A DNA stretch of 64,000 nucleotides from Somniosus microcephalus. Its lineage: Eukaryota. Positions 1 to 11,344 of the stretch are shown piece after piece. Each line of letters starts with the position of its first letter. Within the stretch, counting starts at the first letter, position 1. The notes beneath the pieces were generated by a model. The model ran no database searches, was not told where the DNA came from, and was given only the letters and a program-made list of their open reading frames with translations. A program made the translations under genes and the position numbers. The DNA is taken from the NCBI GenBank assembly GCA_052327205.1, contig CM126218.1, positions 81,406,001 through 81,470,000 on the forward strand, in the 5' to 3' direction.

Positions 1-69
1 AGCGCCCACCCTCAGGGTAAGCCTTGGAATAACAGGGGAAGGAGCTGGTAAAATTGCTTCAGTTTTTGC
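1..69 (-). CDS. TAF3: TAF3 exon 4, 5' part (runs off the window start)
   Basis: The minus strand reads pyrimidine tract ...tacttctgtcccag|GCA AAA ACT..., translating to AKTEAILPAPSPVIPRLTLRVGA. This matches human TAF3 IKVEPVALAPSPVIPRLTLRVGAG. The phase-0 acceptor fits the exon 3 donor. Not in the ORF track. Confidence 0.95.
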
Positions 70-760
70 CTGGGACAGAAGTACAGTGATAAGCATATGT
101 ATCTCTAATTAATATATCGTAAACTGTTTGCAATTTCCATATATGTGCTTTGGACAAAGCCAAAGTAAAAGTCATTTTAGCATCAAAATGCTCAGATAAC
201 TTGATGTTGAAAAAGTACCAGATAAAATATATTTACATAAAAAGTTATAGCTCAGTTAGATACATCATAACTCCAGTTTTGCAATAAATGCAGTTGCATG
301 TAAGACACCATTCTCGGACTATGACTGTATTGTATTGAGAATTGACGGGAAAGCTCATTGATGCCATCTGCAACCTGAAAATGGATTCTGAGGCTTGAAA
401 AAGTGGGTAGTTAAAGAAAAATGGGCTTCAGGATAATAAATCTGGGCCGATATTTAATTTTAAATGAATATTTATCCTTAATTTTGAAGTTATATTCTTC
501 TATCCTTTAGGTCCCCATCATTGTCAAACATCCTAAAGCTATAGGGAAAAGCCGGAAATTTGTTTCTTTGCTCTGAGGAAGAGTCATCATTCATCCTTAG
601 TCTCTTTCCCTGATGGCCAGGCTGAAACTGGAAATTCATTATCTGGATACTGATGCAAATCATTACTTCACCACTACACGGTGTAGTGCAGTAGTATTAA
701 AATGGACAGACAGTTGTGGGATCCCTTTGAAGCATCAATTTTTTTTTAAAACATACATAT

Positions 761-1099
761 GTGGCATAGTGGTTAGCACTGTTGCCTCACAGCGCCAGGG
801 ACCCGGGTTCGAATCTGGCCTCGGGTGACTGTCTGTGTGGAGTTTGCACATTCTCCCCGTGTTTGCGTGGGTTTCCTCCGGGTGCTCCGGTTTCCTCCCA
901 CAGTCCAAAGATGTGCAGGTTAGGATGATTGGCTATGATAAATTGACCCTTAGTGTTAGGGGGATTAAATACGTGGGGTTAGGGTGGGATATGTGTTGGT
1001 GTAGGGGTTACGGGGATCGGGTGGGATATGTGTCGGTGCAGGCTCGATGGGCCGAAATGGCTTCTATCTGCACTGTGGGGTTTCTGTGTGATTTGTGAT
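761..1099 (+). mobile_element. V-SINE (HE1-like shark SINE)
   Basis: tRNA-like head with A box (tggcatagtgg) and B box (ggttcgaatc), V-domain tgtgtggagtttgcacattctccccgtg...ggtttcctcccacagtccaaaga, and a CR1-like 3' end ctcgatgggccgaaatggc. Confidence 0.9.
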
Positions 1100-1106
1100 A
1101 TGTTTG

Positions 1107-1216
1107 TTCTCAAGATATGGGCAATGCTGGCAAGGCCGCAGCTGTTGCCCAACCCTAGTTTCCCCTAGAAAGTGCTGTGGGCCTTCGCCTTGAACCTCTG
1201 CAGTCCTTGTGGTGAT
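1107..1216 (-). mobile_element. Degenerate 3' end of a CR1-group LINE (same family as 12079, 21441, 60166)
   Basis: gatatgggcaatgctggcaaggcc...ttgaacctctgcagtccttgtggtg aligns by eye with 60184..60280. Confidence 0.7.
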
Positions 1217-1699
1217 TAAATTCTGTTATATGTGGATTGCCCAAGTTAAGAGGAGAATAATTGAAATTGAGTAGGGATTACTCCTAAGCAATAATCTCAC
1301 TGAGGGGTTTAAATTATGGAGGTAAACCGCAAGAGTAAAAGTGAGCAATTTAGAACTACCATTTGAACCCCGGACTACTGTGGAGGTTGTAAGGACTACT
1401 TTACACTATTTCCAGTCCTTTTTTTGGTTCTGGCAGGTGTTATGCAGGACAATTATAGCCAATTCACTCTAAACTAGATTTTCCGCCCATTCACAGTTAA
1501 TGGGCGGAAATTCTAGGTAGCTGTGGAGTTACTTTGATGTGTGACAGCACCCACATTAATGAATGTGATATACTGCAAATTTACTTAGCAAGAGTTCACA
1601 ATCAGTATATATAATAAAGTGGATAGAGCATGTCTTCTTAGTTGGTTACAATGCAGTGCTGTAATTGCTAAGAGTTCAGACGTCATACTGCAAGAGTGA

Positions 1700-4330
1700 A
1701 GTTCAAGTAATTTATTCTTTATACTGGAATCCCAGCACTGGATTATCAGCAATTTTCTAAGACAGCTGCGTGTATGGCTTGTCAAGTTAAACGAGCTGCA
1801 GGGTTATCCTCATGCCTCAACGGAGAACAAGCCCAATAAACAATGGGGAGAATCACAAATGTGACACTGCTTTAAGAAGTTTTAAGGGCTGTAATGTTTT
1901 GACATTGCTCATTGTGATCCTCCTTGCAGTATTGGAACATGTGGAAGCTTACCAGGTGGTCTCAAGTGGCCTATTTAAGATTTGTTCAAGATGCAGTTAT
2001 ATATGATTTCAAGGATCCTTATCCAATGTTGACTGTTTCTTTCAAGCCAAATAGTAGCAATGTAAAATAAATCCAGTTGATAATTTGGCAAGCCTGATTA
2101 GAGATAGAGGTTCCTGAAGTCTGAACAGAACTGTTGCCCAATCATATCAACAAGTTTAGTCCTCTGCACATAGAAAGCTAAGGATTAGGAAGGAGGTGCA
2201 ATCAAAGAATGATAAAAGTCTGTAACTACCTTGGTGAGGAATTTGGATATAATCTTAGGACTTTTTAATTTTATTGAAAAAGCAAAGTGAAGGACCAAGT
2301 CTCATAGCGCAGGACGTTACAAAGGGTGAAAACAATAAGAGATTAGGTATATCAGGCAGTGGTGAATCGAAGCTCGAGTTTTAAAAGCCTGAAGATTTTA
2401 GGAAGAAAGAGACACAAACAGGAGTTAGAAGCTTAAAAGTTTTAGAATCCTTTGGAGAGTAGGAAGTTGTATGGCAAGTCTTGATTTCAGAACAGAAAGG
2501 ATGTAGGGAAGAGGAAGAGTTTATAGGACTGTGTTTTTGCCATTGAGGAACTAAAAGAAGAGAATTCTGTTAAGATTACCCAGATTAGAGTACCATATCT
2601 TTTATGTCAAATGAGGCATGGTTGATTGATCAGACTCTGTTGTTTACTAACTCTTCGGAGGCTGAAACAAGATTATCACTAAAAGTGTAAGGATGTTCAT
2701 TTAAAAGTCTTGTCAAATTTGACCTTCTAGATGATAAAGGGTAGAGAGATGAGTATAGATGCACACATCTCCACAATGGCCAAAAAGCATGATTTTCAGA
2801 GGAACCCAACAGAAAGTCTCTTCATCCAAATCAGGTTCTCTCTCATGTTTCACATTTATCCTAGAATGGATCCAATGTTCCTTACCTTGGATCAGTCAGT
2901 TAAAGACTTCAGAAGCAATACAATTAACAATAGGGCCTGCCTTTATGAACAAACTTAAAAATTCCAACCTATCTACCAGGAGATCCTCAATAGGTAGGAA
3001 GTCAAGCCCACCTTGGCTGTTGCTCGGCTTAGTGGTTTCATATGCTATGGTGTTTTACTGAGCCATACAGACAAGGAAGATTCAATTCTGGTTTGTGCAG
3101 ATTTTGATCTCACTGTCCTCAGGTTAGGGAGCAGAAAAATCTGCTGGTTCTGATCTCTATTTAGTGACCCCCTGCTGGAAGGGTAATATGTGTGGAAATT
3201 GGGTGAAAACAAGATCAGCTGTAATGTCCCCCTCTGTCCCCCCCATATAGTCAAACGACTTGCTTGCAAATCACTGCCTAGACTCACGCATGACGAATGA
3301 CCACTTGCGCAAGGCACCAGCGGGCTGTCATTAGCTGTGAATCCATATCACAAGTCACTATTTTCAGGGAAAATTGATGAGAAAAAGAAAAGGTTGGGCA
3401 CCCTGTAATGACATGGCCATAGAGACCGAAGCAGAATACATTTGGATGCCAACTTATGTGGAATGATAAGACCACAGTTAATCAGAAAAGGGCAAGGCTC
3501 AGTGAAGTTAGTGACAACATTAGTGAGAAGGAATTAAGGATTGTTACAGTGCACTTGTCTGTCTGTTCTGAAAAGTATAAATAAATATACCTTTCGTGGA
3601 CAAGAAAGATTGGGCTCACTTGCTCGTCTCAGAGACTCATTACTGACAGTAGGTCTGAACAATGATTCAGACCGTTATCTATACTGAAGGAGAGAAATTG
3701 GATCTCTTCTGAACATATTGCTTCTTAGACAGAGCTGCAGTTACTAATGAAATATTCACAGAACCAATGAGCATTGAAGAGATGTCTTGTTTGCAGAGTT
3801 GCTACAAAACCAATGACCTGACGAACCTAAGGTAATATGTTCCATCACAGATGACATTCAGGAGTTTTTCTTGGGAGAAGCTGAAGTTCAAGGTAATTGA
3901 TGTACAAGGTGCCAAAGCGGTACTCGGTACCAGGCGCTGATTTTTGAACTGCTACCTATAGATCCATGAAACTTAATAATCAGGGAGTAACCCAGGTGTT
4001 ATATTCTGGACTGGTATACTCTTGTCAAAGCTTGAAAGCTGGGGCTTGATTAAACCAAGCTAGGCTGCTGCTTAGAGTTGGGAGGTACCAACTTGTGAGA
4101 TGCAATAGTATTTGGTGTGCAAATCTGTGAAAGATGGGGATGTTGGGGGGCTCACCTGTTCCTCACAGGTAGAGAACAGGATCACATTTTTATACCATGA
4201 AGAGAGACTGAATGACTGGAGAGGTCCTTTTTTTACATCTTGCAAAGATTATCAGATTAGCAATGTTGTGACATTGAAAACATCTTAATGGGAGCAGGGG
4301 GGAGGTTGCTCCTACAATTTACCACACTGG
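1700..4330 (-). mobile_element. Highly decayed RLE-type non-LTR retrotransposon (R2/NeSL/Hero-like)
   Basis: Frameshifted motifs occur in the expected order on the minus strand: KKRTSP (~4225), DIS-NA-GSVN..L..AL (~3786..3730), SPIFL (~3615), SRLTIW..QR (~3255), IESSLSVWL (~3075), SQGGLDFLPIED (~3005) and FVILPIV-IGAC (~1845). Confidence 0.6.
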
Positions 4331-4952
4331 GTTTTCCTTATGCCAACGGCAGGATCGCTGGACTGCAAGAAAAATTGATGACACTTATTTTGATGTCAAA
4401 TATTTGATAATTCAGAATCTCAGGAGATTCAGTTCGGACATAGAATATTATCTGACAGAATACGCTTTTTGTTTAAAGATGGTGAAAAATTGAATTCACT
4501 ACCCTCTTGCAATACAGTTAAATAATGTCCGTCACAGTAGAATAGAAAACAATTAGGCATTTTCAATATGTACAGTCCAAAGCCTGGCAAATTGCTTACA
4601 AAAGGTAGGAATACGTACTTGTCAACAACATAATATAAAAGGGAATGCAGTGACAGAATAGTGCTTGTACTGGATCCATTCAAGGTATTAGGTCCTCTCA
4701 ACAGAATTTGCCATAAAGCTGAACTGGTAGCATTCCAGAGCATTAAGAAAGCAATACCTGGATTACTGCCTCATTAGTGTGTGTCATGGATCAAAGGCTA
4801 GGTATGCAAACATTACAATAGAAACTGATTAGCTTAATTGGATAATAATGGATTCGAAATACTTTTCACGTTCTGGAATGTAACTATCCTCTCTCACACC
4901 TACAGGATATATTATACAATTACTTTGTTCTACCTGTAATTTTATAATGGAA

Positions 4953-4981
4953 GGGGGGGGGGGGGCGGGGGGGGGGGGGGG
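4953..4981. repeat. Poly-G run (others at ~23393, ~33261, ~40723)
   Basis: Directly visible; the run is interrupted by one C. Confidence 0.9.
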
Positions 4982-5499
4982 AAGTGAGAAATAGGAAATA
5001 CATGCCAGAAATTAAATACTAAAAAAAAATCACAATCATATTCTTTAGCTTTTACAGCTGTTATGTATGTTCGGACCGTAAAAAATAATTATACAATATT
5101 TTAATTACACCACAATTTAGTTCAGAAGACATAGCTGGTATCACCCTTAAACTCAGCCTGCTTTTCACCCGCACAACTTCTGAATTTCACCTGTGTCACT
5201 GTGGGGAATTGCCCCAAATAACACTGCGCCCCCTCCCCCCCCCCCAAAACAAATGGTAGAAGCTGGATGCTGGCCTGAAATTGCTGAGCGGAAAGATTAA
5301 TGCATCCCACTGCTGACGAGCACTGCAGCAGGATTGCGTTCTGTCTCTGCGAAAAAAAAATTGTAACTCCATCTGCTGTCAAGCAGAAAACGACAGTCTA
5401 TCCTTTTTGATTCTCTGTGGCCATGGGGACTTAAAACATTTTAAGAACCAGAAATGGTAATTTGTCCCGTGTTTGATCTTAACCCTACTATTGAAACAT

Positions 5500-6590
5500 A
5501 TTTCTCACCACCCTCTTTCTCCAGAAACACATTTAGTTGTCTCTGGAACTACTTGTTTCAATTGTAACTTATTCCAATTCTCTTTTGTGTAGAATAATTC
5601 TGCTACAATTGTCTATTTACTCTTAGTTTTTGAATCCTTTGAGTATTGACAATTTATCTGAATCAGCTTCATCAACACCCTTCACGTAATTTTGAAAACT
5701 TCTGTTAGGCCTCCCCTTTTCAAATAAGAACAACTTTCTTAACCTTTTCTCAGAACTCAGACACACAAATCATTTTATTCCCTTACACTACACTACACTC
5801 TCCCATGGTAAATATCTTTCCTATGGCAAGATGACCCACTATTGATTGCAACCAGCACTTCATATTGGGTCTAACAAGTGCCCTGGACAAAAGCAGTATC
5901 ACTTTTGATTTGTATTCTATCACTCTGCTAATACAGCCTTGTGGCCATATATTTTGTACACAATGATCCTAAAATCCCAATATGCTACTTGACTATTTAA
6001 TTAGTTTCTTGCTGCAAATTAATTATTTCACATGTGTCTACATTGCATTGTATTTGCCATCAACTGGCCCAGTGTGTCATAGATCCAAATCCTTCTAAAT
6101 GGTTGCACTGTTTCTCAGTATCACCCGAAAACCAGTTTTTAACATTCTGTTCCAATTCACTTGTCCAAAGATTTATCCCTGGAGTACTCTACTAACAACC
6201 ACTTTTTTAGCAGGAAAAGTTTATTTTTTGACTGCCCTTTCTTATTTCTGAACCAACCATATATTCAGTATTCTATTATGACATCTATACAATGACTCTT
6301 TTTATACAAGACTATAAACTCAGCGGTGGAACTCTGTCATATGCTTAAAAAAATATCCAGCTTCACAGCATCCACTGCATTTCCCTGGTCCTCCAGTCAT
6401 TTTTTTGTTGAAGAACTTAAGTCAATTAAGCAGGAATTCATGCTTTATCAAGTCGTGCTTTTTAAGTTTTCCCTGCACTAGATTCCTTTAAAACTCATTT
6501 AAAAGATTTTGCCTCCCACTGATGTGAAACTATGATTTTTAGGTATGCCTCTATCTTCAAATATTAGGATTATATCTGCATTGGTATATT
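5500..6590 (-). mobile_element. Old degenerate CR1 LINE (RT to 3' region)
   Basis: acagcatccactgcatttccctgg...caggaattcatgctttatcaagtcgtg...cccactgatgtgaaact parallels the younger CR1 at 59630..59830. Confidence 0.65.
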
Positions 6591-7853
6591 TTTAAATAAG
6601 TTCTTTATAATGAAGTGAGTTGCAGTCATGTGAAGGAAAAAAACTAGTAGATTGCAGATTGACCAATTATTCATAAATGAGATGGTTTAATTAAGACATT
6701 TATTTCTCACTGATTGAAATATATATGCACGCACACTGCAGGGCACTGTGGATTTGAAATGCCTGTGAATAGATACAAGTTTGTAATTTGAAAACAAAAG
6801 ACAACTTCACAAGAAGCTGAAGTTAGTAAGAGGACTAGCATACACGAGTTGGGTTGGTGACAGGGTTCAAAGCAAGATAGTGAAGGGCCACTAATATAAG
6901 ACTCCTTTGTGGAGTACTAGAAATACATTGCCAGTGGATTTGTTCACAGTCTTATATATAAGCACCATTCTTTTCACCTGGACAAATAATACCAGTCACA
7001 TAAGCCCCTTTTTGGAGTGTGTTGCATTTTTCTGTTAATCTTCTGGGATTTAGATTCTTTTTACTACATACCTCAAGGCACAAACTGATAATGCTCTGTC
7101 GCTCTACATTTCTTCCAGAACACCCGTGAAGCGCCATCACAAAGTGAAAGCGTTAAGAGTGATTCTCTGAAAAATTCATTTTTTAAATCCTGTCTTGCAG
7201 CAAAAAAAAACAACTTCGAAGCTTATCTAAGCAGATTAATCTAAATTACAATCGTATCTAGGAACATCTGATGTCTTCTGGCTTTGTGATTTTCTTTAAC
7301 ACATATGCAGCAAGAGGAAAGACCTCTGAGCTGCTATATGAAGTTCAGCAAAGGCATCATTCACACCATAAACTTAAGGGTAGCACAGTTTAGTCGTTCA
7401 TGAAATTTTACAATATATTTTATGAAGTGATATTTGATTACCATTTTGCACTAACCTTTTATTAAATTTCTGTACTGTAAACCTTCTATAACACCCAGCT
7501 TTAAAATATATGAACACCTGGAAATATTTCCATCATGAAAATAACTAGATTCAAAACCAGTAAACAATTAGCTAACCTAAGGGTTTTTCTTAAGCAAAAA
7601 TTAGTGGCCCGGTTCTGATGCCACACATACTGGCATTTCGAAGTTCAGTTTTGTACCTGCATGAATGCCAGCTGTCCAAAAGTGGTTTTTAAAAAACATT
7701 AATAGAAATGAAAGTCTATATTCTTACATTAATGGTTTGTTATAAATACCTAATACTGGTAGTGCTTGGTAGTTCAATTTAGCTTCACTATGGTCATGTT
7801 CAACTCTTACAGGATCACTCTTAAAGCAATACACACTTTATAGTACAACTTAC

Positions 7854-9658
7854 TTTTTCATGTTTATGCTTCTCTTTTTCTTTCTCCTTTTCCTTTTCCT
7901 TCTTTTCTTTCTCCCTTTTCTCCTTTTCTTTCATCCTGTCCTTATCTTTTTTTTTCTTTTTCTCCTTTTTGTCTTTTTTCTTGTCCTTCTCTTTAGACTT
8001 TTCCTCAAAGAGTCTTTCTGGAACCATAGGAGACACTGCTGGCAGAACACACTGAGACTTGACACTGCTTGGGGTGCTGAACAAGGGCAACGGGAGCTCT
8101 TTAGGAATAAACGCGTGTGATGCTGAAGTGGCCTTAACTTTATGTTTATCTTTGTCTTTATTCTTTTCTTTATCCTTTTTCCCCTTTTCTTTATCTTTCT
8201 TCTTTTCTTTGTGCTTTTCTTTGTCCTTTTTAAAGCTCCCATCTTTATGTTTTACCTTTACATCACTATCATCAAAGTCTTTAATTCTAAATTTAAATGG
8301 ATCTTTCTCATGTTCTTTACCAAATTCCTTAAAAAAAATCCTGGACTCTTTGTTAGCTTCCTTTTCTTTCTCCTTGTTTTTCTCCTTGTCTTTGCCCTTT
8401 TCCTTCTTTTCTCTGTCCTTATCTTTTAGCTTTTCTTTTTCTTTTTTCTTGATTTTCATCTTAATTTCTTTCTTCAGCTTTTTCTTCACATCAGATGAAG
8501 ATGCGTGCTTTGTACGTTCTTCATAGAGCTTAAGAAGAGGTTCTGGGGTTGGCGGGGAAGCAGATGGGGAGGATAGGTAAGGAATAGATGCAGGTACAGA
8601 AGGAGGTGTACCTAAACTTGCCTTCCTGACAACCTCATTAATGGAATCATCCAAAGTCCATGACACATTTGCGCTCGTTGTTGGGCCAGAAGATGACACT
8701 GGGGTTGCACTACCCCGGCTAAAGCTGCTAGATAGGGAAAGTATCCGCGGCGTTGATGATTCTGAAATAGTGAGTCTTCTGGGACTAGTGAAGATCTCTC
8801 CTTCGGATTCGGACCCTGAGGAAAACTCAAAGGGGTCTGGCTCACGTTCAGCACAAGCACGAGCTATAACAGCATCAATAGAGTCATCAATACTCTTACC
8901 AGGCACTGGCAATTTTTTTGGCGATGTATCCAAAACATTTGGTTTCTCCGATTCAGTCGATGTGTGTGGCTGCTTTGTGTGAACATTTTCTTTACCAAGT
9001 TTTTCAGACCCTGAATTACAGACAGACAAAGGTGTTCTGTTTGGAGTTTCATTCTTGGCAGTGGAATGAGAAACATTTGCTGGTACTTTTGGACTTTTAG
9101 GGCTTTTAGGGCTTTTTGTACGCATAGGCGATTTTTTGTCTGATTTCAATGAAGCTTTTGGAGAACGAATAGGACTTCCTGAAAGTGCCAACTGAGATCC
9201 TTTAGGGGATTTGGGTTTTTGTACTGGTGAAGAGGAGCTTTTAGATTTGACTTTAGACGTGAACACTTTTGAATCTGAAGCTTTGGGGGTTGAAAGTTGT
9301 GATGGTTTTGGTATGGGTGCAAGCATCGGTGGTTCAGGTGAAAGAGGCAGAGAGTCAGAATGATCTGGTGGCGGAACTGGAGATAAAACAGGAGGCACCC
9401 TTTGAGAATTGATCATACTCAAGGGTTCCCTTGGTTCTAAGATACCATCAGGGCTGTCCATTTTACAGCCAGCTGGTCTAGCTCGCTTTGCAACTGGTAA
9501 ATCAACAGAGTCAGGGCTTTCCAGTGGTCTCTTGCCCAAAAAGTTTTCATCATTAACAGCCTCTTCCTCCTCCATATCCTCCTCTTCCTCTTCAAGGGGA
9601 ACCTGCATAGCTTCTGCTGATGTACCGCCATCAGTGGGGACTTGCTCCTCTTCTTCCT
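7854..9658 (-). CDS. TAF3: TAF3 (TFIID subunit 3) large exon 3, 1805 nt
   Basis: Translation EEEEQVPTDGGTSAEAMQVPLEE...NDENFLGKRPL...SIDAVIARACAEREPDPFEFSSGSESEG...SPPTPEPL...KEKEKHKHEK matches vertebrate TAF3. Acceptor is tttgtttgacag|AG GAA (phase 1) and donor is GAA AAA|gtaagt (phase 0). Length is 2+601x3. The ORF-track ends (7821, 9725) run into the introns. Confidence 0.97.
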
Positions 9659-9794
9659 CTGTCAAACAAAATACAACATTAGAAAAGATGGAACTCGCAC
9701 TTGGGTAGCAGTTTATCATTTTCAAATAGATTCACAACCAGTAATTTACTTTTGAAGGGCAATCACATGTTATGGAGGCATACACAAATTTCCA

Positions 9795-10775
9795 TAAAAG
9801 GTCTCACAAATAGCAAATGAGATAAATGACAAATTAATCTCCTTTTTCTGGTGTTGGTTAAAGGAGGAATGTTGGCCAGGATACTGGGAGTATTCGCATC
9901 TCTTGTTCGAATGGTGCCATGGGATCTTTTACAACCATCTATCACCAGGACAAGTAAACAGGTCTCTGTTTAATGTCTCATCTGAAAGGCAACAACTCCA
10001 ACAAAATCCAAAAGTCACACCCCCATCCACATCCATGGGGCTGTGGTGGAAAGGGTGGACAGCTTTAAGTTCCTCGGAGTCCACATCACGGAAGACCTCT
10101 CCTGGTCCCTCAATACCTCCTCTCTGGTGAAGGCGGCCCAGCAGCGCCTATATTTCCTAAGGAGGCTGAAGGGATGTAACCTGTCACCCCTGATCCTCTC
10201 TAACTTTTACCGCTGCACAATAGAGAGCATCCTGACAAACTGTATCACAGTATGGTAGGGCAGCTGTAGCTACTATGACCGGAAAGCCCTGCAGCGGGTA
10301 GTCAAAACTGCCCAACGCATTACCGGCACCCGGCTACCAACCATAGAGCACATATACCAGAAACGCTGTTTACGGAGGTCACAGACCATCATCAAAGACC
10401 CTACCCACCCCAGCCACAGTCTGTTCGCCCTCCTGCCATCTGGGAGACGCTACAGATGCATTCGCACCCGTACGACCAGATTTAGGAACAGCTTCTTTCC
10501 CAGGGCTGTTATCCTATTGAACTCCACAAATAAACTCTAAAGCCTGCACATCTGCCAATGCACTTTATTATGGTTATGTATTACAAGCCAAATGAATGTT
10601 GAATGTTTAAATGTCTTAATCTAAATGTACACTCTCGGGAGCCGCAAGCCTACATTTCATTGTACTGCACTTGTGCACTAACAATGACAATAAAGTTGAT
10701 TATTATTACATTCCTTCAGTAATGCACTGACTGATCAGCCCAGTTTATGTGCTTAAACCACAACCTTCTAACCAC
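9795..10775 (-). mobile_element. Deu-domain SINE (SacSINE1-like), split by a Rex1 insertion
   Basis: The Deu core in reverse (gtgccatgggatctttta...gtttaatgtctcatctgaaagg) stops at ~10002 and resumes at ~10709 (ttccttcagtaatgcactg). Confidence 0.75.
10003..10708 (+). mobile_element. Rex1/Babar LINE, 5'-truncated
   Basis: VERVDSFKFLGVHITEDLSWS...QQRLYFLRRL...FYRCTIESILT...VW*G...KALQRVVKTAQRI...DPTHPSHSLFALLPSGRRYR...RFRNSFFP, followed by an aatgacaataaag + (att)n tail. Confidence 0.92.
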
Positions 10776-11265
10776 ATTAATATTGGTCTTTGGCCACTGG
10801 CTCCTGTAACCTGGATCATCCATGCTTGAAGATCAGGTGAAGCTAAAACTGCTGGATTTTGTTAAGACTGGTGGCTAGGAAAACCCTGGGTCTTGGAGGC
10901 AGCCTAAATGTAACTGTGGCTTGTAAAAGCACTGCAGAAATGGCAATCTAGGCATGGCTTCTTGATGACATCAGTATATCTCGCATCTTGTTTCATGCGT
11001 CATGATGTCACTAATAGACATCATGACATGATTCTGTTGTATAAGCCCCGTTACCAATTTGGCATGGCACCTCTACACACATGCTTGCCCTTGGCCACCT
11101 GTCCACAGGGAGAACGACGGTGCAGTTGGGGAGAGTGACATTCTTAAGCCTCGCTCTCTAGACTTAAAATCTATATCAAAATGACCTTCTCACTCAAAGG
11201 TGAGTGCTCCCAACTGGCATGTACATAAAGAATATAACAGAAATAATAGTATAATATAGTTTATG

Positions 11266-11344
11266 TATATGCAAATTAGAAGCAAAATAGGCTTATATGC
11301 AAATTAGAAGCAAAATAGGTTTATATGCAAATTAGAAGCAAAAT
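11266..11344. repeat. 28-bp tandem repeat x2.8, each unit with ATGCAAAT
   Basis: Unit tatatgcaaattagaagcaaaatagg(c/t)t starts at 11266, 11294 and 11322. Confidence 0.95.

Larger units (their letters stand above)
70..7853 (-). other. TAF3: TAF3 intron 3
   Basis: Bounded by GTAAGT (7853) and CAG (72..70) on the minus strand, between two in-phase TAF3 exons. Confidence 0.9.

Noticed and set aside
761-830. tRNA gene (also at 29873 and 38131)
   Set aside because: The A/B boxes run directly into SINE bodies; these are tRNA-derived heads.
5313-5365. CTGACGA-GCA...TGC-GAAA as a hammerhead ribozyme
   Set aside because: No valid stem III/NUH site and no stem I complement; a chance match.
7860-8526. 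Phe/Leu/Ser-rich plus-strand ORFs that look like membrane proteins
   Set aside because: They are antisense shadows of the Lys/Glu/Asp-rich TAF3 codons.
7821-9725. 634-aa ORF as a complete single-exon gene
   Set aside because: Only 7854..9658 matches TAF3. The termini are intron read-through past canonical splice sites.
11266-11344. CRISPR-like array
   Set aside because: The units are head-to-tail with no spacers, in vertebrate DNA with no cas genes.
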